NCBI GenBank assembly: GCA_965262115.1
Contig: OZ253496.1
Span: 2,016,001 to 2,080,000 of the forward strand
Direction: 5' to 3'
Length of the DNA stretch: 64,000 nt
DNA from: Nitrospinales bacterium
Lineage (GTDB): Bacteria; Nitrospinota; Nitrospinia; Nitrospinales; VA-1
Part shown: positions 10,516 through 20,451 of the stretch, in pieces
Layout of the letters: every line of letters starts with the position of its first letter
How positions within the stretch are numbered: position 1 is the first letter of the stretch
Program-made: the position numbers and the translations under genes
The notes under the pieces: generated by a model
What the model saw: the letters and a program-made list of their open reading frames with translations, nothing else
Database searches by the model: none
What the model was told of the DNA's origin: nothing

Positions 10516-13227
10516 TTAGACGCGCCAGCCTTTGGCGGTGCTGAGTTTCAGGAGTGCGGGTAAAAAGGTGACAGATGCGATGAGGCAGTTGAACACGCCC
10601 AGGGTCAGCACCAGCCCCAGACTGAAGACTCCATAATGGTCGGCCACCATCATACTGCCGAACCCGATCATAGTAGTGAGGGAACTGAGCAGAACAGCTC
10701 GACCGGTACTTTTTCCTAAAACGCTGGCATTTTTATCTTCTTCTTCCCGATAACGGTGGGTGATGTGAATGCCATTGACCACGCCTATCCCGAGAATGAG
10801 TGGCAGGATGACGAGGTTCGCCATGTTCAGCCTGAGCCCTATCAGTTCCATAACGCCCACGGTCCAGATCGACCCTGCCAGCACCGGAAGCAAAACGAAA
10901 AAAACCGTTCGTACATTCCTAAACAGGAAAGACACATAAATAATGATCGCGGTCATGGCGTAGATTCCGCCTTTGACATAACCTTCTGTCATCAACCGGG
11001 TGGACTCAAACATATGTATGGCGTTGCCGGTGACATTGGGGTCTATTGATCTCAGGTCGTTTAAATATATCTGGCGTTGATCGAGATCCCAAACATCCAC
11101 GCTGGGAAAAATATGCGCCACGTATTTACCTTTTTGCGAGATGTAACGCTTTCTCAGGGTTTCGGGAATTTCTTCCAGCCGCACCAACTTCACCTCGGCA
11201 TTGGCTTGGAGTTCTTCCATAAGAGAACGATAATCGGCAAACAGCAACTGCGAGAAATTTTCGAGTCTTTTTTCCGCCAGGCCAGGTTCCACCTTCCGGC
11301 TTTTTTCCATAAAATTCCTGACACGGTCTCCCGCCACCTGCACCTGATCGAACGGGTCATCCTTCCTACCCTGCAGTTTGAACTGGATGCGGTTGAGAGT
11401 TTTGATCAACGCTTTTAAGGAAAAATCTGCATCTTCAGGTTCTACTTCGAGATCGCGCAAAAGTGGCGCGAGGTTTTCGCGGATGGTGCGTGCGTTTTCT
11501 TCCTGATTATCGGGGATCACCGCTGTGATGCTCTCAACCCGGGCCACAGTTGGCAGGGCCTTGAGTTGACGTTCCTTTTCCTGAATCTCTTCCAAAGAGT
11601 CGGCCAGCATGGCGGCGGACCAGGCGGAACGCCCGGCACTTTCAAGAATTTTCATTTCATATTGAACCGCCTCGGTTCCCTTGGCCTGTAGGTTGAGCAG
11701 GTTATAGTCGAAACGCAGGTCTTTCAATGACAAAGAAGCGATGACGACTAGAACGATGCACACTCCGATGATGAGGTAATAATGATCGAACAGTTTATCG
11801 ATGCTCCCCCTTTGTTCGGCTGATTTTGCCTGTGCGTAACTGGGCTTGCGCCATTTTTCTTCCAGCGTGACCAGTGCGGGGAGCACCAGAAGCATGGCGA
11901 CCATGCAGAAAAGAATTCCCCATCCAGCGATCCAGCCCAGTTCCACAATACCGATGAAGTCGGTCAGCACCATGGCGCCAAATGCCATGGCGGTGGTGAT
12001 GGCACCGGAAAAGTTTCCCTTGCCTGTTCCTTGCAGAGTTTTATGCAGGGCTGGCAGGATTTCGTTGCCTTGCTGGCGTTCCTCCTTAAAACGTTCGAGG
12101 ATATGGATTCCAAAATCTATACCCAATCCAATCAGGATGGTGGTGAACACAATGGAAAGAATATTCAAGTGACCGATGGTCAGGGTCGTGAATCCCATCG
12201 TCCAACTCAAACCGAGCAGAAGGCAGAACACGGCCAGAAGGGGTTTGACCACCCCCCGATAAGCGATGATGAACAACAGGGCGACCCCTGTCAGAGCAAT
12301 TTTAGATGCGGTTTCGACATCGGACTGGGTGGTCACCATTTCATCGCTGGATATCACATCTTCGCCGGTGAGCCCGACCGTGACATTGGGAAAACCTTTT
12401 TTTGTTTCAGCAATGAATTGACGGGCCTGATTGACCGCATCCTTGTAACTGGTGAAGCTGGTTTCGTCATCATTGGGCACCACCAGTATGAAAAGCAGGT
12501 CTCCGTTTTCAGAGACCATATACCCCTTGTCGCGCAGGGAATCGCTACCACCTTTAAATAATGCCTGCCAAGGTGAGCGATAACCGGTTTCACCCATCAG
12601 GAACCGGGTCATTTCTTCCAGAAGCCGGATCAACAGGTTGAGGTCTCCCTCATCCTTGCTGTCTTCCTCGTCTTCCTCACCGAGAAAATCGGTCAACAGG
12701 GAATCGACCATGCCCGAACTAATTTCAGTATTGATGCTGAACAAAAGCGGATTGAGTCCGGGGGAAGCATTCACCGATTCGAGAAAACCCTGATGGTCTT
12801 CCAGCTTGCGGCTCAAAGTTTCCAATTCATCCTTATCGAGATAAAGCAGGAACCGCGAGCGGAAGTAATCGATATCGATTTTATAAACAACCTTGGAAAA
12901 CAGATCGGGCTGGGCTTTAAGTTTTTTATTCAGTGCTTCGGCAAAGTCGGCCATGTCGGAAGAGTTTTTTCCTTCCACCACCACAACCATACCGCTCAGG
13001 TCTTCAAACTGTGCACGATAATTTTTATAGAGTTTGACATAAGGCAGGCCTTTGGCGACCAGATCGCCGCGTCCCGTTTTAAAAGTGAGTTTTTGCGCGG
13101 TCACCCACAAAGACAGAATGGCTAAAACCAGGGATGCGACAACAACAAGCAGGGAACGCCGATAGGCAAATCGTTCAATGGCAGAAAGGCAACGGCTGAG
13201 AAAACCATTAGCGGATGAGGATGACAT
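10516..13227 (-). CDS. MMPL/RND family transporter, HpnN-like
   Basis: Two RND halves; ILIGLGIDFGIH, LILGIGVVNGIH, SSLTTMIGFGS. Confidence 0.85.
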   Translation of the reverse strand: MSSSSANGFLSRCLSAIERFAYRRSLLVVVASLVLAILSLWVTAQKLTFKTGRGDLVAKGLPYVKLYKNYRAQFEDLSGMVVVVEGKNSSDMADFAEALNKKLKAQPDLFSKVVYKIDIDYFRSRFLLYLDKDELETLSRKLEDHQGFLESVNASPGLNPLLFSINTEISSGMVDSLLTDFLGEEDEEDSKDEGDLNLLIRLLEEMTRFLMGETGYRSPWQALFKGGSDSLRDKGYMVSENGDLLFILVVPNDDETSFTSYKDAVNQARQFIAETKKGFPNVTVGLTGEDVISSDEMVTTQSDVETASKIALTGVALLFIIAYRGVVKPLLAVFCLLLGLSWTMGFTTLTIGHLNILSIVFTTILIGLGIDFGIHILERFKEERQQGNEILPALHKTLQGTGKGNFSGAITTAMAFGAMVLTDFIGIVELGWIAGWGILFCMVAMLLVLPALVTLEEKWRKPSYAQAKSAEQRGSIDKLFDHYYLIIGVCIVLVVIASLSLKDLRFDYNLLNLQAKGTEAVQYEMKILESAGRSAWSAAMLADSLEEIQEKERQLKALPTVARVESITAVIPDNQEENARTIRENLAPLLRDLEVEPEDADFSLKALIKTLNRIQFKLQGRKDDPFDQVQVAGDRVRNFMEKSRKVEPGLAEKRLENFSQLLFADYRSLMEELQANAEVKLVRLEEIPETLRKRYISQKGKYVAHIFPSVDVWDLDQRQIYLNDLRSIDPNVTGNAIHMFESTRLMTEGYVKGGIYAMTAIIIYVSFLFRNVRTVFFVLLPVLAGSIWTVGVMELIGLRLNMANLVILPLILGIGVVNGIHITHRYREEEDKNASVLGKSTGRAVLLSSLTTMIGFGSMMVADHYGVFSLGLVLTLGVFNCLIASVTFLPALLKLSTAKGWRV

Positions 13228-13313
13228 GGAATTTACAATTCAGGAAATGAGCAAGAGCACTTTGAGGCCATCGATACTTCCAACTCACCTAAATTAGCCA
13301 TTGCTCATTTAAT

Positions 13314-13406
13314 CCGGCATGACGCTGGTAGTTGGCGTGGCCTGTTCAGCCGAGACAACTCGTTGCCAGCAATAAAAGTTTTGCCGGCTGGCCCTACGCC
13401 GAGTAG
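13314..13406 (-). repeat. Family H repeat
   Basis: AGCCGAGACAACTCGTTGCCAGC..CTGGCC-CTACGCCGAGTAG (CTAC/GTAG stem variant). Confidence 0.75.
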
Positions 13407-14008
13407 TTAGAAACGCATACCCATTGTGAAGAGGTGGGCATTGAGTCCGATATTAGGAAACTTAATTTCGGCATTTGAAACATGAAAGAACCGGTAGTTG
13501 ATCGAATAGGCGCCTTCCTCTTTAAAGAATTCCAGCCCGGCTCCGCCATGAAGCAGAAACTGAAACTCAGTACCCAGTTCGCGCTCGGCGACATCTTTCC
13601 GGTCGGTCAGGGAAAAACCTGCACCAATGAGGAAGTTCGGAGCCCAATTTCTTTCAGGACTGAGAAATTTATACTGGGCCATCAGCGGCGAAAACCCAAC
13701 CAAGTATTTATCGCGATCAGAAAAGGCGAGCCCGGCTTCCACATGATAAAACCACGCCTCCTGATACTAGGAATCGCCGATCAATCCAGTCAGGTTATAT
13801 TGCCAGTTCGGAAAAAAGAATAAAAAACCCCCAGATCTGTACGATTTGGCCCGGGAGGGATGTCAATGGTCCAGACCCAGCCCAATTGGGCGCCAAAATC
13901 GGAGCTTCCTTTCTCAAATCTTTGTGAAAAGTTGTCAGCTCCCGCAGTCGCCACATTGAACATCAAAAAAACTGCAAGCCAAGGAACCGCATGCAAAATA
14001 ATCCTCAT
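13407..14008 (-). pseudogene. PagL/acyloxyacyl-hydrolase-like outer-membrane beta-barrel, disrupted
   Basis: Signal peptide; +1 frameshift in a G/T run near 13830; in-frame TAG near 13768; C-terminal YRFFHVSNA..PNIGLN..GMRF. Confidence 0.75.
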
Positions 14009-14168
14009 ATCTTACTGTTTCCTGAAGGTTAAAATCTATTCAATCGCGCTCATCAAGGACGAATTGTAACATAAAAGCACCTGAATTCCAGGCAATTATT
14101 TGCATTTGTCTTCATATCTGTTTGTGTTATAATCGGCCTTTTCTCAAATAAATAAAGGGATTTTCGCT

Positions 14169-14381
14169 ATGATGGGAATAGGTTTTCCAGAATTAATGAT
14201 CATTTTGGTCATTATCATGATCATTTTCGGGGCTGGAAAGTTGCCGGAAATCGGCAGTGCTTTTGGTAACAGCATTCGGAACTTCAAAAAATCCATGAAG
14301 GAAGCCGAAGAGGGTACGGAAGAACTTCCGGAAGTGGCTGATGCAACAGAAGCGGCTGATGCGGCAAAAGAGGTGTCCTAA
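14169..14381 (+). CDS. tatA: Twin-arginine translocase TatA/E
   Basis: [34 protein letters not shown]. Confidence 0.95.
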   Translation: MMGIGFPELMIILVIIMIIFGAGKLPEIGSAFGNSIRNFKKSMKEAEEGTEELPEVADATEAADAAKEVS

Positions 14382-14650
14382 GGAGATGGCAATGAACCCG
14401 AGACTGCTGAGAATCCTGTGGCCTCTACCTCCGAACCGGAAGAAAAGTAAATCACTCCCCCTTGTTCCCTCCCCCTCCAGGACGGGTTCTTTTTTTTACG
14501 AGGTTTCGCCTTTATTTGACGAATCGCTTTGTATTTAAAAGCATCCTAAGATAACTGGAATAAAAAGGGTGAAATTGCAAATCCCGGCCGGTTCCCATAA
14601 AAGAAACCCTGCCTTTTCCCAGCAGAAAATAAAACTGGATTTGCTCTTTT

Positions 14651-15280
14651 ATGTCCTTCACCCAGCAAAAAGAAGATAAAGAAATAGAAGAAGCTCTAGT
14701 CAGGGATCTTCAAGCCGGTAATCTTGATGCTTATGACAAGATTGCTGAGCTTTATCAAAAGAAAATATACGCCCTTAGTTTCAATCTGATGCGCAACCAA
14801 ATGGATGCGCAGGATGTGACTCAGGAGGTCCTCCTGACTCTGTTCAGGAGGATCAATACGTTTCAGGGCAAATCGGCGTTTTCAAGCTGGGTTTATCGCA
14901 TTACCTTGAACGCCAGTTATATGAAACTGAGGAGCAAGAAAAAGGAACCCAATGTTTCCATTGACGAATTACTACCCTATTTTAACGGGGCTGGGTTCCA
15001 GCAGGAAAAAATTCAGGACTGGTCGGAAAATACCGAGTCCTTGTTGTTCACCAATGAAACACGCGAGGTCATCAACAAAGCCGTTGGCCTTTTGCCTGAA
15101 AAGGAAAAAGTGGTTTTCTTATTGCGGGACGTAGAAGGCCTTTCAACCGAAAAAGTGGGCGAAATATTAGACCTGACCATTCCGGCGGTAAAGTCGAGAC
15201 TGCACCGGGCCCGATTGTTTTTGCGAAAAAAACTTTCAGGCTACTTTGAGGAATATAATTCCAAAAAGGGGGAAACATGA
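14651..15280 (+). CDS. ECF RNA polymerase sigma factor
   Basis: DAQDVTQEV, FSSWVYRITLN, VKSRLHRAR. Confidence 0.93.
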   Translation: MSFTQQKEDKEIEEALVRDLQAGNLDAYDKIAELYQKKIYALSFNLMRNQMDAQDVTQEVLLTLFRRINTFQGKSAFSSWVYRITLNASYMKLRSKKKEPNVSIDELLPYFNGAGFQQEKIQDWSENTESLLFTNETREVINKAVGLLPEKEKVVFLLRDVEGLSTEKVGEILDLTIPAVKSRLHRARLFLRKKLSGYFEEYNSKKGET

Positions 15281-15525
15281 TCTGCTGTAAAGAATGCATT
15301 GATCTGCTATACGATTATATTGACGGGTCGCTGGAACAGGACACCAGTAAATCCCTTGAAGAACATTTCGCGGAATGCCCCCCCTGCATTGCTTTTTTGA
15401 ACACTTACAAGTCGACAACCACTATTTGTCGGGATATCTTGAACCAAATTGAAATCCCCGATGAAGTTCGTCGTACCCTGCAAAGTTTTTTAAAAGAGCA
15501 TAAAAACCAGGAAGAAAAGAAGTAA
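15277..15525 (+). CDS. Zinc-finger (zf-HC2) anti-sigma factor
   Basis: HFAECPPC (HxxxCxxC); overlaps the sigma stop. Confidence 0.88.
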   Translation: MICCKECIDLLYDYIDGSLEQDTSKSLEEHFAECPPCIAFLNTYKSTTTICRDILNQIEIPDEVRRTLQSFLKEHKNQEEKK

Positions 15526-15692
15526 CCTCTCTCCCCAATCGCAGGGGGAAAGACAGGAACATTCCCGGCGCACAATACATTGACAAATCACGCGGGTTTA
15601 TTTATATTTTTTATATAGCTACATATTGAGATTTTTCACCTCAAACCTGATAAAATCATTTAATTATAATAACTCTCTTTCGAGGCAAGGAT

Positions 15693-16181
15693 ATGGTTGA
15701 AATGAAAGTTGAGGGCCTTACGCTGGATCCACTCACCAACATGCCCATCATTATCTTGAAAGATTCAACCGGTTCCAAGGCCCTTCCTATATGGGTGGGT
15801 TATTTTGAAGCCAACGCAATCGCCTTGGAAATAGAAAAAATCTCCACGCCACGCCCCATGACGCATGATTTGCTCAAAAACCTGATTCAAAATATGAAAG
15901 CGGAAGTCAACCATATCCTCGTCAATGAATTAAAAGACAACACCTTTTATGCTGTCATTTCCCTGGTATGCGGAGACCTTACCCTTGCTATAGACTCACG
16001 CCCCTCCGATGCCATCGCGCTGGCGCTGAGGACCAAGGCACCCATTTTTGTTGAAGAGAAAGTGATTGAAGCTGCTAAAAGCCTGGACCTCCCCGATCCG
16101 CAAAAAACTAAAACGGATGATGACAAGCAGTGGAAAAACTGGCTGGACAATATAAAACCAGAGGACTTTGGCAAACTTTGA
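15693..16181 (+). CDS. Bifunctional nuclease family protein (DUF151)
   Basis: LPIWVG..EA.AI, RPMTHDL, DSRPSDAIALA. Confidence 0.92.
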   Translation: MVEMKVEGLTLDPLTNMPIIILKDSTGSKALPIWVGYFEANAIALEIEKISTPRPMTHDLLKNLIQNMKAEVNHILVNELKDNTFYAVISLVCGDLTLAIDSRPSDAIALALRTKAPIFVEEKVIEAAKSLDLPDPQKTKTDDDKQWKNWLDNIKPEDFGKL

Positions 16182-16196
16182 GAGCGCCCCTCTAGC

Positions 16197-16275
16197 AACC
16201 CCTCCGGGGCATGTGTAATATTTCTTCATTTGCATTCATGCCCTGAAATGGTAAAAACTAAGGAAAAATTTCACA
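16197..16275. repeat. Two nested micro-elements: a plus copy (16214-16253) inside a minus copy
   Basis: Removing 16214-16253 leaves the reverse complement of TGTGAAATTTTTCCTTAGTTTTCATGCCCCGGAGGGGTT. Confidence 0.7.
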
Positions 16276-16457
16276 CGAGAGAGGCAACCGAGCCACGCCC
16301 GGTGGGGACAGACTCCACACCTTCGGCGGCTACGCCGGTTAAGCCGAGAAAACTTGTTGCTAGCCACCCCTTGGCAGAGAACCATATCCAGTAAAGCCGT
16401 CATGAGCGATTGCATGCAAAAACAACTCTTGCCAATTATATTATCGGCGGTACGCCG

Positions 16458-17321
16458 GTGAAAAATATAGGGTTATTTTGCAAACCAAGACCCTCGGTAG
16501 ACCCGAAAGTAGTCAGCGACCTGGTGCAATGGTTGCGGGAGCGGGGTTGCAAGCTTCATATAGATCAGAATACCGCCGAGTTTACCGGTGAAACAGCCTC
16601 CCATGAAGAAATTCCCAGCCTCTCTGAACTGATCATCGTGCTTGGAGGAGACGGAACCTTGTTAAAGGTGGTCCGCATCGCCCACTCGCACGGCGTCCCT
16701 ATTCTGGGGGTCAACCTCGGGAGCCTGGGTTTTTTAACCGAAACCACCCTTGAAAACCTCTATCCCACCCTTCAAAGCGCCTTAAACGGAGAATGTAAAA
16801 TAGAACACCGCATGTTGCTGAATGCCTCGCTCTGGCGCGAGGGAAAAAAAATACAAGATTTTAATGTGTTGAACGATATTGTCATCAACAAAGGCGCTCT
16901 AGCCAGAATCGTAAACCTTACCGTACTGGTTAACGACCAACCCATGACCTCCTACCGAGCCGACGGATTGATCATTGCCACGCCAACAGGCTCCACCGCT
17001 TATTCTCTCTCGGCAGGAGGACCCATCATTCATCCCAGTATGCAGGCTTTGGTGTTGAGCCCGATTTGTCCTTTTGACCTGACAAACCGACCCATTGTGG
17101 TTCCCGACACCTCAAAAATAAAAGTGGAACTGGCCAAACGCCATGAAGACGAAGATGTCAGAATAACGCTTGATGGGCAAATGGGTTGCGATATGAAGTC
17201 CGGAGATATCCTTGCAGCGGAAAAGGCCCGGATATCGGTAAAGTTGGTGCAGGCTCCGGGAAAAAACTATTATCAAACCCTGAGGAAAAAACTTCATTGG
17301 GGAAGCACCACAGAAAGTTAA
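16458..17321 (+). CDS. nadK: NAD(+) kinase
   Basis: LGGDGT, GVNLGSLGFL, LNDIVI, DGLIIATPTGSTAYSLSAGGP. Confidence 0.95.
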   Translation: MKNIGLFCKPRPSVDPKVVSDLVQWLRERGCKLHIDQNTAEFTGETASHEEIPSLSELIIVLGGDGTLLKVVRIAHSHGVPILGVNLGSLGFLTETTLENLYPTLQSALNGECKIEHRMLLNASLWREGKKIQDFNVLNDIVINKGALARIVNLTVLVNDQPMTSYRADGLIIATPTGSTAYSLSAGGPIIHPSMQALVLSPICPFDLTNRPIVVPDTSKIKVELAKRHEDEDVRITLDGQMGCDMKSGDILAAEKARISVKLVQAPGKNYYQTLRKKLHWGSTTES

Positions 17322-17360
17322 ATCCTACCCTCCGGTGCTAACACCCGGGTCGCTCAATTT

Positions 17361-18263
17361 ATGAATCAAAATATTGTTTCCTGCGGTCATAAAATTGATA
17401 TCGGAACTCGTGTGGTTTTATGGAACGAAGGCTTTGTTTGCCCCAACAAGCGAGGCCGGTCTGCCTGTTCCCATCACGACCCCGTGCTCAATGACGCACC
17501 ATCCAGAAAAGATTCGGCCTATAAAATCCTGAAACCCGAATCGGCTTACAAAGAACTGGTGCAACACGTTCACCAGTTTGTTCTGCATTACGATGCCTGC
17601 TACAGTTCCTACCACTGCCACCAAGTGATGACGGAAAGTTCTTTTAAGGGTAGCCATTTCTATCTTGATCTCGATGGCACCATTTACCAGACCTGTGACT
17701 TGTACTGGAAAACCAATACTGCACCTGCCGATGACCGGCAAGGCAACGAAAGGGCAATCCATGTCGAGATGGCAAATCTTTCATGGGAAGCTTTGGCTAA
17801 AGAATCTGAATGGCTCCCTTCCAGACAGGATAAGTACCGAAAAAAAAGAGGTCAGTGGGTGCTGGAACTGCCCAATGACTACCGCAGAAAAATCCGCACA
17901 GCCGGATTCCAGGCCAACCCATCACGAACTTACGGCACAAGGGGATACTTCAGCAAAAAGATCAATGGCCGAGTGGTCCGCATGTGGGATTTTACCGAGC
18001 AACAGTATCAAGCTCTGATCAAGCTCTGTATCGGCATCAACCAAATTCTACCCAGGATTAAACTGCAAGTGCCATTCGACAAAAGTTCCGGCCGACACCC
18101 TCTCGACAGATTAAAAAACTACTCTAAATTTTCCGGTATCCTGGGCCATGCTCATGTGCAAAAGGGCGTAAACGGACTGGAGTGCAAGCACGATCCCGGA
18201 TCAGCCTTCAACTGGGCCCGGTTAAAAAAAGCCTTCGACTCAGCGGAGAACCTCCGCAGGTAA
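17361..18263 (+). CDS. N-acetylmuramoyl-L-alanine amidase (Amidase_2-like)
   Basis: VLHYD, SHFYLDLDGTIYQ, HVEM, FTEQQYQAL, GHAH...KHDPG.AFNW. Confidence 0.8.
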   Translation: MNQNIVSCGHKIDIGTRVVLWNEGFVCPNKRGRSACSHHDPVLNDAPSRKDSAYKILKPESAYKELVQHVHQFVLHYDACYSSYHCHQVMTESSFKGSHFYLDLDGTIYQTCDLYWKTNTAPADDRQGNERAIHVEMANLSWEALAKESEWLPSRQDKYRKKRGQWVLELPNDYRRKIRTAGFQANPSRTYGTRGYFSKKINGRVVRMWDFTEQQYQALIKLCIGINQILPRIKLQVPFDKSSGRHPLDRLKNYSKFSGILGHAHVQKGVNGLECKHDPGSAFNWARLKKAFDSAENLRR

Positions 18264-18344
18264 CCAGCAATAGCTCCTAAAGCCAAGAGATCGACTGCTA
18301 GCAGTACGTGATATTCTTCCTAAACATTCAGGGGTAAAAAGCTA

Positions 18345-18455
18345 TTTACCCCTTGGGCTTTTAAGCCCGTCCCGAAGCGCAGATCGTTGTGTCCTGTTTT
18401 GATTAACCCGAACAGTTGCCTGGGCCACTGAGCCCGCATCGGCAAGGCTGGGAGA
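18345..18455 (+). ncRNA. IS110 bridge RNA (target- and donor-binding loops), 5' part apparently missing
   Basis: TTTACCCCT-hairpin(GGGCTTTTAAGCCC)-GT-CCCGAAG, then ACAGTTGCC-hairpin(GGGC..GCCC)-GGCAAG-GCTGG. Guides match the flanking target and the element right end. Confidence 0.75.
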
Positions 18456-19420
18456 CCAAATTATGAATCAGAAACCCCATTTTATTGGCATCGATATTTC
18501 TAAACTCCATCTGGATGTTGCTGACAGCATGACTCAAGAAACCTGGCAAACCGCTAACAATGAAGAAGGGATTGCTGGTTTGGTCGAGAGTTTATCCGCC
18601 TTAAATCCTCCATTGATCGTTTTGGAAGCCACAGGCGGCTTAGAGATCCCGTTGGCTTCGGCCCTGGTTGCGGGTCGACTGCCAGTAGCCGTGGTCAACC
18701 CACGGCAAGTTCGTGATTTTGCCAAAGCCACCGGGAAACTGGCAAAAACCGATGTCATTGATTCTCTTGTGCTGGCCCATTTTGCCAGGGCCGTACGTCC
18801 TGAGGTCAGGAAAATCAAAGACGAAGAATCTCTTGAACTCTCAGCTCTAGTGACACGCCGTCGCCAGTTGATCGAGATGCTGACCAAAGAAAAAACCCGT
18901 CTAAAACAAGCTCCAAAATGGATATGTAAAGACATTAAGGAGCATATCGAATCTCTTAAAAAACGCTTGCGAAAAATCGATGGCGACCTTTCCAGAACCA
19001 TCAAAAACAGTTCTGCCTGGCGTGAGCACGACCAGATCATACAAAGTGTTCCCGGTGCCGGTCCCGTTCTGGCTGTCAACCTCTTGGCCGGGGTTTCGGA
19101 ACTTGGAGTTCTTAATCAGAAGCAAATCGCCGCCCTCATCGGTCTCGCTCCCCTCAATCGGGACAGCGGAAAGTTCGGTGTATCCGGGGCGGCCGCGCCA
19201 ATGTGCGTGCCGCTTTATACATGGCCGCCGTCACTGCCATGCAGCATAATCCCGTGATTCGTACCTTTTACACACGCCTCATCGAAAAGGGCAAACCCTT
19301 TAAAGTTGCCATTACCGCATGCATGAGAAAGTTATTAACGATCATCAATACCATGATCAAAACAAAAACACTCTGGAATGAAAATCTCATTGCCAGCACT
19401 TGACATTTAACACAGTTGCT
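18352..19420 (+). mobile_element. IS110-family (IS621-like) element, defective
   Basis: CT core at both junctions (18352-18353, 19419-19420); TTGACA -35 box at 19400-19405; flanks rejoin to TACCCCTTCGGGGCATGAAG. Confidence 0.82.
18463..19403 (+). pseudogene. IS110 DEDD recombinase, frameshifted
   Basis: IGIDISK, LEATGG, KTDVID, SVPGAG, GLAP..RDSG; frameshift near 19175; C-terminus RAALYMAA...ACMRKLL in another frame. Confidence 0.92.
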
Positions 19421-19454
19421 TCGGGGCATGAAGACAAATGAAGAGGACATCACA

Positions 19455-19794
19455 AAGATAACTGCCGCCTTTTTTAATATGTCCCGCTCCATACGAAGGC
19501 GAGCGTTTTCTCGCCGCAACTGCTGCAACTCATCTCCCGGCTTAAGCTGTCCTTTGCCGGGAAACGCATTCCCCTGATCCTCCTCATACTCCTGTTTCCA
19601 GCGACCCAGAAGGGCAGAACGGATTCCCAGATCCCGGGACACCCGGGCAATGCTATCGCCTACTTCAATAACCAATCGAACCGCTTCTAACTTGAATTCT
19701 TTACTGAAACTCCTGCGTTTGGTTCCCATAAAAACACCTCCAAAAGTGTATTATCCACACTTTTCGATGTGTCCACCAATTCAGGGGAAGATCA
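19455..19794 (-). mobile_element. IS3-family remnant (left end plus orfA, truncated)
   Basis: orfA RRSFSKEFKLEAVRL...LRRENARLRMERDILKKAA; left end TGATCTTCCCCTGAATTGGTGGACAC; no orfB. Confidence 0.85.
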
Positions 19795-19959
19795 GTTGGA
19801 TTATGGATCGTCAAAGACAATCCACACCCCCCCCCTCATGAGAGGGGAGGATCAATGAGAATCTCGACTTATGCAAAGGTCTCTTGCTAGAGGAGGTTGT
19901 CATGCTGAGTTTATTGAAGCATCGCGATTTTCAGGTTTTTCGGCTTATGCAAAGGTCTC
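19795..19959. mobile_element. Nested MITE remnants (two tandem TTATGCAAAGGTCTC ends)
   Basis: TIRs at 19869-19883 and 19945-19959; 19795-19883 resembles the reverse complement of the first part of MITE copy 3. Confidence 0.75.
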
Positions 19960-20054
19960 ATGAAGTGGGAAGCGGGACTTTAGCCCTGCCGCCTGCAGCG
20001 GTTACATGACAAGAAACGCCGGTTTGTCATTCTTGAGGAGCACCGTGACGAAGA

Positions 20055-20093
20055 CGCGATATTTTTCCTTAAACTTCGTGCCCTGCAGGGGTA
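20055..20093 (+). repeat. Micro-element inserted into a GTCATT..GAGGAGC..GACGAAGA|ATCC REP-like motif
   Basis: CGCGATATTTTTCCTTAAACTTCGTGCCCTGCAGGGGTA. Confidence 0.7.
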
Positions 20094-20169
20094 ATCCGGG
20101 GCTATGCATCGGTCACGTAATCCGCAAATTTTTCAACTTAGCAAAGGCTTCAGATTCCGTGATCAATTT

Positions 20170-20451
20170 AGCCCCATCATCCCGCCATTGATGTCCTGGA
20201 ACAGTGTCAGCCATCTGATGAAGGAACACTATGGTTTAGCCATGAAGTTCAAGGATATTCTTGCGACTTATAAATCGGCCGAAGACCTGATTAATATCGG
20301 GGCTTACACCCGCGGCAGTAATCCAAAAATTGATCAGGCTATTCAAAAATACGAACTTATGATTCCCTACCTCAAGCAGGGAATTGTAGAAAGTGTTGAC
20401 TGGCGAACCAGTATGAATGAATTGAAAAAAATTCTGGAGGATGAATCTTGA
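20170..20451 (+). pseudogene. fliI: 3' remnant of flagellar export ATPase FliI
   Basis: HPAIDVL/NSVS.LM (frameshifted), then ATYKSAEDLINIGAY.RGSNPKIDQAI; most of the gene is absent. Confidence 0.82.

Noticed and set aside
19268..19729. 153-aa ORF as a complete IS3 OrfA
   Set aside because: Only the part up to AAVIF is IS3; the rest reads through the micro-element and the antisense IS110 end.
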